From an uncultured Nitrospiraceae bacterium (GTDB taxonomy: Bacteria; Nitrospirota; Nitrospiria; Nitrospirales; Nitrospiraceae), in contig CAVSTP010000003.1 of NCBI GenBank assembly GCA_963730935.1, forward strand, positions 224,001 through 288,000: a stretch of 64,000 nt of DNA, written 5' to 3'. A program made the translations under genes and the position numbers. Below the pieces are notes generated by a model. That model did not search any database. It was not told the origin of the DNA and saw only the letters and a list, made by a program, of their open reading frames with translations. Shown here one piece after another: positions 59,624-64,000 of this stretch (its first letter is position 1; each line of letters opens with the position of its first letter).

Positions 59624-59803
59624 TTGTTTTCCCACCTTCGATAGCCAGCGATAACTTGAAGCGAGTCTAGCAAAGGGATGGAAGTCTGTAAACGAAACTG
59701 CCGATTTGTGCAGGCCCTCGGCGGACCCGCATGAACTCTGGCCTTGGCGGAGGGGCGGCACCGTTAAATTTGCTACGTATTTTAACTAGGGTGTAATCCA
59801 TCA

Positions 59804-62419
59804 ATGACTGCGTCCATCGTCCTCGCCCGAACGTTGATCGGCGCCCATGCGTTTCAACAGCCGTTCCGAACTGCCCTGACCGTGACGGGGGTGGCCCTTG
59901 GCGTGCTGGCGTCGGTCGCCATTACGGCGGCCAATGTCGAGGTGCTCCGTGGATTTGAGCAGGCGGTGGTGACGGTCGCGGGATCCGCCACCCTGGAAGT
60001 GTCGGCCCACGATCTTGGCCTCGACGAAACAGTCCTCCAGGTCATCCGACAGACGCCAGGTGTCGTCAAGGCGTCGCCCCTGATTGAGGAAGCGCTGATG
60101 TTCCGGGAAGGCCCGCACGGTCCGGAAAGCGTCCAGGTCTATGGAGTGGACCTGCTTGCCGAAGCCGATCAACTCGGTTTCCGCCTTGAGAGAGGTGGAG
60201 GCGAGGACGCGTTGAATGATTTGCTGAAGCGCGACAGTGTTTACGTCGGACGGCAGTTAGGTGCCGACTGGAACTTGCGGCGGGGAAGTACGCTCGAGGC
60301 CAGGGCCGGATCCCGGTTGATGCGTGTCCGCGTGGCGGGCGTCCTCGAGGGTACCGATCGGCCGGGATCCTACTGGAATCGTGTGGTGATCATGGATGTG
60401 GCGGCGGCGCAGGCGGCCTTCGACATGGTCGGCAGGTTGGACCGGATCGAGATCGTGACGGCACCTGACCGCACGGCCGACGAAGTTGCCGTCGCCCTGC
60501 GGGCCGTGTTACCGCCCTCTGTCGTCGTCGAGCGGCCGGCTCAACGCACCGCCCAGGTGGAACACATGGTAGGGGCGTTTCAACTCAACCTGGCCGTCCT
60601 CAGCTGGGTTGGTTTGTTGGTCGGCATGTTCCTGGTCTACAACACCATGAGTTTTTCGGTGGCTCAACGACGGCGCGAGATCGGTATCTATCGAACCCTC
60701 GGTATGACGGAACGGCGCGTGGCGGCCCTGTTCCTGTTGGAAGCCGGGGTCTTCGGCTTCATCGGCGGCGCGCTGGGTGCTGTCGGAGGGCTCTGGCTGG
60801 CACGAGGCCTGGTGATGCTCGTCAGCCGCACCATCAGCGATCTCTACGTGCCGTTGACCTCGAACGGAGCCTTCGCCGGTTTCGATGCACAGAGCCTGGC
60901 ATTTGTGGCGCAGGGCATCTTGGTCGGTGTGGTGGTGTCCATGGCTGGGGCGATCGGACCCAGCATAGATGCCAGCCGTACCGTGGTCACCAAGGCTCTT
61001 GCACCAGGGGACTACGAACAAACTGAAACCATCCGGAGCGGGCGCTACGTGCGATGGAGCCTGGTCTTCATGGTAACCGGAATACTCTTCGCTCTGGGTC
61101 CGCCCATTAAGGGCCTGCCCATCCTCGGGTATGCGGCGACCTTGTGTCTGTTGGGGGCGTTCGCCTGCCTTTCGCCCGTTTGCATTGCCGCATGGCGGTG
61201 GGCGATGCAGCGGACCGTGCGGAGCCCGGTGCTTTCCGGAAATCTTAAGCGAATGGCGGCTGACCATGTGGCGCGTCATCCTGGGCGGAATGCCGTGACC
61301 GTGTCCGCGTTGTTGGTCGGACTCGCTATCATGATTGGCGTGGTCGTTATGGTCAGGAGTTTTCGTGACACGGTCGAGGCCTGGGTCGATCAAACCGTCA
61401 TGGCCGATCTCATTATCGCGCCGCCCGCATGGTTGCACGGCAAGCAGGCCGGACACGCGTCCCGGACATTGCCCGGCTCCTGGCTTCCTGCTCTGACGGC
61501 CGTCGAGGGCGTGGCGGCGGTCGACACCTATCGCGATGTGCAGGTGGATGTGGGGAGTCAGTCGGCGGCATTGGTGTCGCGCGATTTGCGGCTTCATGCA
61601 GAACGTGGCCGCTACCTGATGGTCAACGACGACTGGGTCAGCGTTCTCAGGCGGGCTGCCGAAACGGGCGGAGTGGTTGTCTCCGAAGTGCTGGCCAACC
61701 GCCTGGGACTCGAGCGGGGTGGAACAGTGACCATCACCACGCCTGCTGGACCGCACACCGTTCCCATCGAAGGCGTCTTCTACGACTATGCGACCGACGG
61801 TGGAAAGATGGTCATGGAGCGAACGCTCTACCGCCGCTTGTGGAACGACGAGCGCATCACGGTTTTCGCGCTCTACCTCAGTCCCGGTGCGGACGAATCA
61901 CGGGTCAAGCGCCTCATCGGCGAGGCGCTCAACCGCCAGGAGAGTTCTCTGGCGCCGCCGCTCATGATCAGCAATGGAGAGCTTCGCCGTGAGATCCTCA
62001 ATATTTTTGACCGCACGTTTGTCCTGACCTATGTGCTCGAGGCAATCGCCGTCTTCGTCGCCGTGCTCGGAATCGTCAATACGCTGGTCACCGCTGTCTT
62101 GGAACGGCGACGCGAGTTGGCGACTCTGCAGGCGATCGGGGCCAGCCGTGATCAAGTTGAGCGGTTGGTCCAGTGGGAAGCCATTTATTTAGGTCTGATC
62201 GGCGCCCTGTTGGGCGTCGCGGGAGGGTTGGCACTGGCTTGGGTCCTGATCGCCGTCATCAACAAGCAATCGTTCGGGTGGACCATCCGCATGACGGTTC
62301 CTGTGGAAGTGCTCGTTCAGGCCGTAGCGTTGGCTATCGGGGCCGCATGGATGGCCGGCTACCTGCCTGCACGCTGGGCCGCACGGCAGCCTGTCGGAGA
62401 AAGCCTGAGAGAGGAATAG
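59804..62419 (+). CDS. Duplicated FtsX/MacB-type ABC permease
   Basis: Two RRREIG..RTLG / RRRELATLQAIG repeats with periplasmic domains. Confidence 0.9.
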   Translation: MTASIVLARTLIGAHAFQQPFRTALTVTGVALGVLASVAITAANVEVLRGFEQAVVTVAGSATLEVSAHDLGLDETVLQVIRQTPGVVKASPLIEEALMFREGPHGPESVQVYGVDLLAEADQLGFRLERGGGEDALNDLLKRDSVYVGRQLGADWNLRRGSTLEARAGSRLMRVRVAGVLEGTDRPGSYWNRVVIMDVAAAQAAFDMVGRLDRIEIVTAPDRTADEVAVALRAVLPPSVVVERPAQRTAQVEHMVGAFQLNLAVLSWVGLLVGMFLVYNTMSFSVAQRRREIGIYRTLGMTERRVAALFLLEAGVFGFIGGALGAVGGLWLARGLVMLVSRTISDLYVPLTSNGAFAGFDAQSLAFVAQGILVGVVVSMAGAIGPSIDASRTVVTKALAPGDYEQTETIRSGRYVRWSLVFMVTGILFALGPPIKGLPILGYAATLCLLGAFACLSPVCIAAWRWAMQRTVRSPVLSGNLKRMAADHVARHPGRNAVTVSALLVGLAIMIGVVVMVRSFRDTVEAWVDQTVMADLIIAPPAWLHGKQAGHASRTLPGSWLPALTAVEGVAAVDTYRDVQVDVGSQSAALVSRDLRLHAERGRYLMVNDDWVSVLRRAAETGGVVVSEVLANRLGLERGGTVTITTPAGPHTVPIEGVFYDYATDGGKMVMERTLYRRLWNDERITVFALYLSPGADESRVKRLIGEALNRQESSLAPPLMISNGELRREILNIFDRTFVLTYVLEAIAVFVAVLGIVNTLVTAVLERRRELATLQAIGASRDQVERLVQWEAIYLGLIGALLGVAGGLALAWVLIAVINKQSFGWTIRMTVPVEVLVQAVALAIGAAWMAGYLPARWAARQPVGESLREE

Positions 62420-62453
62420 CCGCACATCAAGACCACGCGGGGGCGCCAATCTT

Positions 62454-62699
62454 CTAGCGGGACAGCGCAATCACAAACGTCATCAGCGACAGGATCAGGC
62501 CGGCGGCGACGAGCAGTGTCAGCCGCCGGAGTTTTTTCTCCACGGCGTCGGATCGCTCGGCGAGCCATTCGACCGATTGCTCGACGACCGCCAACCGTCC
62601 GTCCTCCGTCTTGCCCCGTGCAGGTTTCTCCAACATGGCCTTGACCACGGGTAGCAATTTCGGCAGATGCTTGATCAGGAGGGTGAAGAACGGGTTCAT
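62454..62699 (-). CDS. Small hypothetical protein with C-terminal TM helix
   Basis: GAGG RBS, coiled segment, hydrophobic tail. Confidence 0.6.
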   Translation of the reverse strand: MNPFFTLLIKHLPKLLPVVKAMLEKPARGKTEDGRLAVVEQSVEWLAERSDAVEKKLRRLTLLVAAGLILSLMTFVIALSR

Positions 62700-62716
62700 G
62701 GCAACAACATCCCTCG

Positions 62717-63601
62717 CTATTTGGGTGTATGTTTCCGGTCCTCGGCCTTCGGCGCCACTTGAGGACTGATCAGTTCGATGCTAAGAATCGGCCCCATGAG
62801 CTGCAATGGGCCTTCGAATCGCACGAAACTCGGCACCTCGTCTGCCAGAACATAGCAGTCGTAGTGGAAATCGGCCGGCAACTTGCCCAACATGGTCCCC
62901 AGAATCTTTTTCACGGGGCCGATGTCGGGTTTAAAGGCGTATTGCCAGGCTTTGCGGGATTGGTCGCCGACGCGGATGACCTGTTCGCCCACGAAGGCCA
63001 ATTCGAGCGCGATCGCGGTCGGTTCCGGCACAAAGGCCAAGACGTTGATGGTTTCGTTGGCACCTTTCGGCAGGTTCAACAGCGTCATCACGATCATGCC
63101 GTTGTAAGCATCTTTCGGCAGATCGATCTCTCCCGTCAGCACTTTTTCCGCTCCGTTTTCTCCCGCCTTCGCTCTGACCTCATAGGTCGAGGTGCCCCGA
63201 TCGACCACCACATCCATCTGCTCGGGAAACGACGGGCCGCGTTGGGTCAGTTGATACCGGATCAGCGTAAACACACGCTGCTGTGAAAACGCGACCTTTT
63301 CGTCGTGGAGCGAGCCGTCTTTGAAACGGAACACGAGTCGGCTTTCCGCCACTCCCCCCTCCTTCACAGTTTGGGTCAGTTCTCCGTACGCGACAATATC
63401 TCCAGCCGCCGATCGGACGAGCAGAAACCCATGCGTCAGCCCTTCAGGGAAACGCACCGATACGGGCGCGGACTCGGCGGCATCCCGCGTAAACCCAATC
63501 GTCGAGAGAAGCAGGGCGAGGACGACGCAGCAAGAAGTCAGGCCGACTGAGGAACTGCCGCCGCGCAACGAGAGGACGCATCTGTCAGCACGGTCATTCA
63601 C
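62717..63601 (-). CDS. Hypothetical exported beta-rich protein
   Basis: Hydrophobic N-terminal segment; overlaps the upstream gene's stop. Confidence 0.65.
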   Translation of the reverse strand: MNDRADRCVLSLRGGSSSVGLTSCCVVLALLLSTIGFTRDAAESAPVSVRFPEGLTHGFLLVRSAAGDIVAYGELTQTVKEGGVAESRLVFRFKDGSLHDEKVAFSQQRVFTLIRYQLTQRGPSFPEQMDVVVDRGTSTYEVRAKAGENGAEKVLTGEIDLPKDAYNGMIVMTLLNLPKGANETINVLAFVPEPTAIALELAFVGEQVIRVGDQSRKAWQYAFKPDIGPVKKILGTMLGKLPADFHYDCYVLADEVPSFVRFEGPLQLMGPILSIELISPQVAPKAEDRKHTPK

Positions 63602-64000
63602 TCAGCAACTCCGCCAAAGGCTGCAGGTCTTCGATGCGGTCGGCAAACACTTTGAGCATTCCCATGATCGGAATGGCGAATAAGAGTCCCCACACGCCCC
63701 AGAGCCAGCCCCAGAACAAGAGTGCGACGAAAACGGCGGTGGTATTCATCTTGGTCAGCTTGCCGCTCATCCAGGTGACGAACACGGTACCGACCAGCGT
63801 CGCGATCGCGAGGGAACTGAAAGAAACGAGCACCGTCGTAGACAAGGATTCGAATTGCATGAAGGCCGCCATGCCGGTGGCGAGCGCTGTCAATGCCGGT
63901 CCCAGGTACGGAATGAAATGCAGCACGCCGGCCGCAACGGCCCAAGCCCCTGCATTGTCCAGGCCGATCCACCGGAACACAACCCACGAGAGCAGTCCGA
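63594..64000 (-). CDS. AI-2E family transporter, C-terminal part (extends beyond the window)
   Basis: FIPYLGP, LFWGWLWGVWGLLFAIP. Confidence 0.85.
   Translation of the reverse strand, partial: GLLSWVVFRWIGLDNAGAWAVAAGVLHFIPYLGPALTALATGMAAFMQFESLSTTVLVSFSSLAIATLVGTVFVTWMSGKLTKMNTTAVFVALLFWGWLWGVWGLLFAIPIMGMLKVFADRIEDLQPLAELLSE

Noticed and set aside
60509..61756. 415-aa minus-strand ORF and many other long antisense ORFs (e.g. 45079-45996)
   Set aside because: They shadow well-supported genes on the opposite strand, as expected in GC-rich coding DNA, and show no recognisable motifs.

Overview
A gene-dense, GC-rich bacterial chromosomal window. Gene content and the intergenic repeat style suggest Nitrospira/Nitrospirota (inference). 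It holds housekeeping genes (queA, mreBCD-mrdA-rodA, rng, dprA, topA, nadA, ileS-lspA, uppP, pyrD), a TPP-riboswitch-controlled thiC-thi4 operon, a GH65/beta-PGM pair, PhoD, two ABC exporters, and an HTH-mraZ-rusA operon. A ~15 kb iron block at 14.4-29.0 kb contains bfr, fur, an Fe(III) ABC transporter, exbBD, a frameshifted tonB, and apbE. The most striking element is a minus-strand operon behind a canonical sigma70 promoter and Fur-like box. It runs: 61-aa Com-like 4-Cys zinc ribbon, porin-like protein, lipoprotein, FMN-binding (flavinylation-motif) protein, His-rich membrane protein, HD-GYP, diheme peroxidase-family lipoprotein. Two of its intergenic regions share a ~45-nt motif with GAGNCC repeats. 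One copy lies beside a Shine-Dalgarno-occluding hairpin and the other overlaps an intrinsic terminator, suggesting an undescribed RNA-level control circuit on a flavin-based iron acquisition system. No rRNA, tRNA, CRISPR array or transposase was recognised. Product calls come from motif recognition only; no database searches were run.
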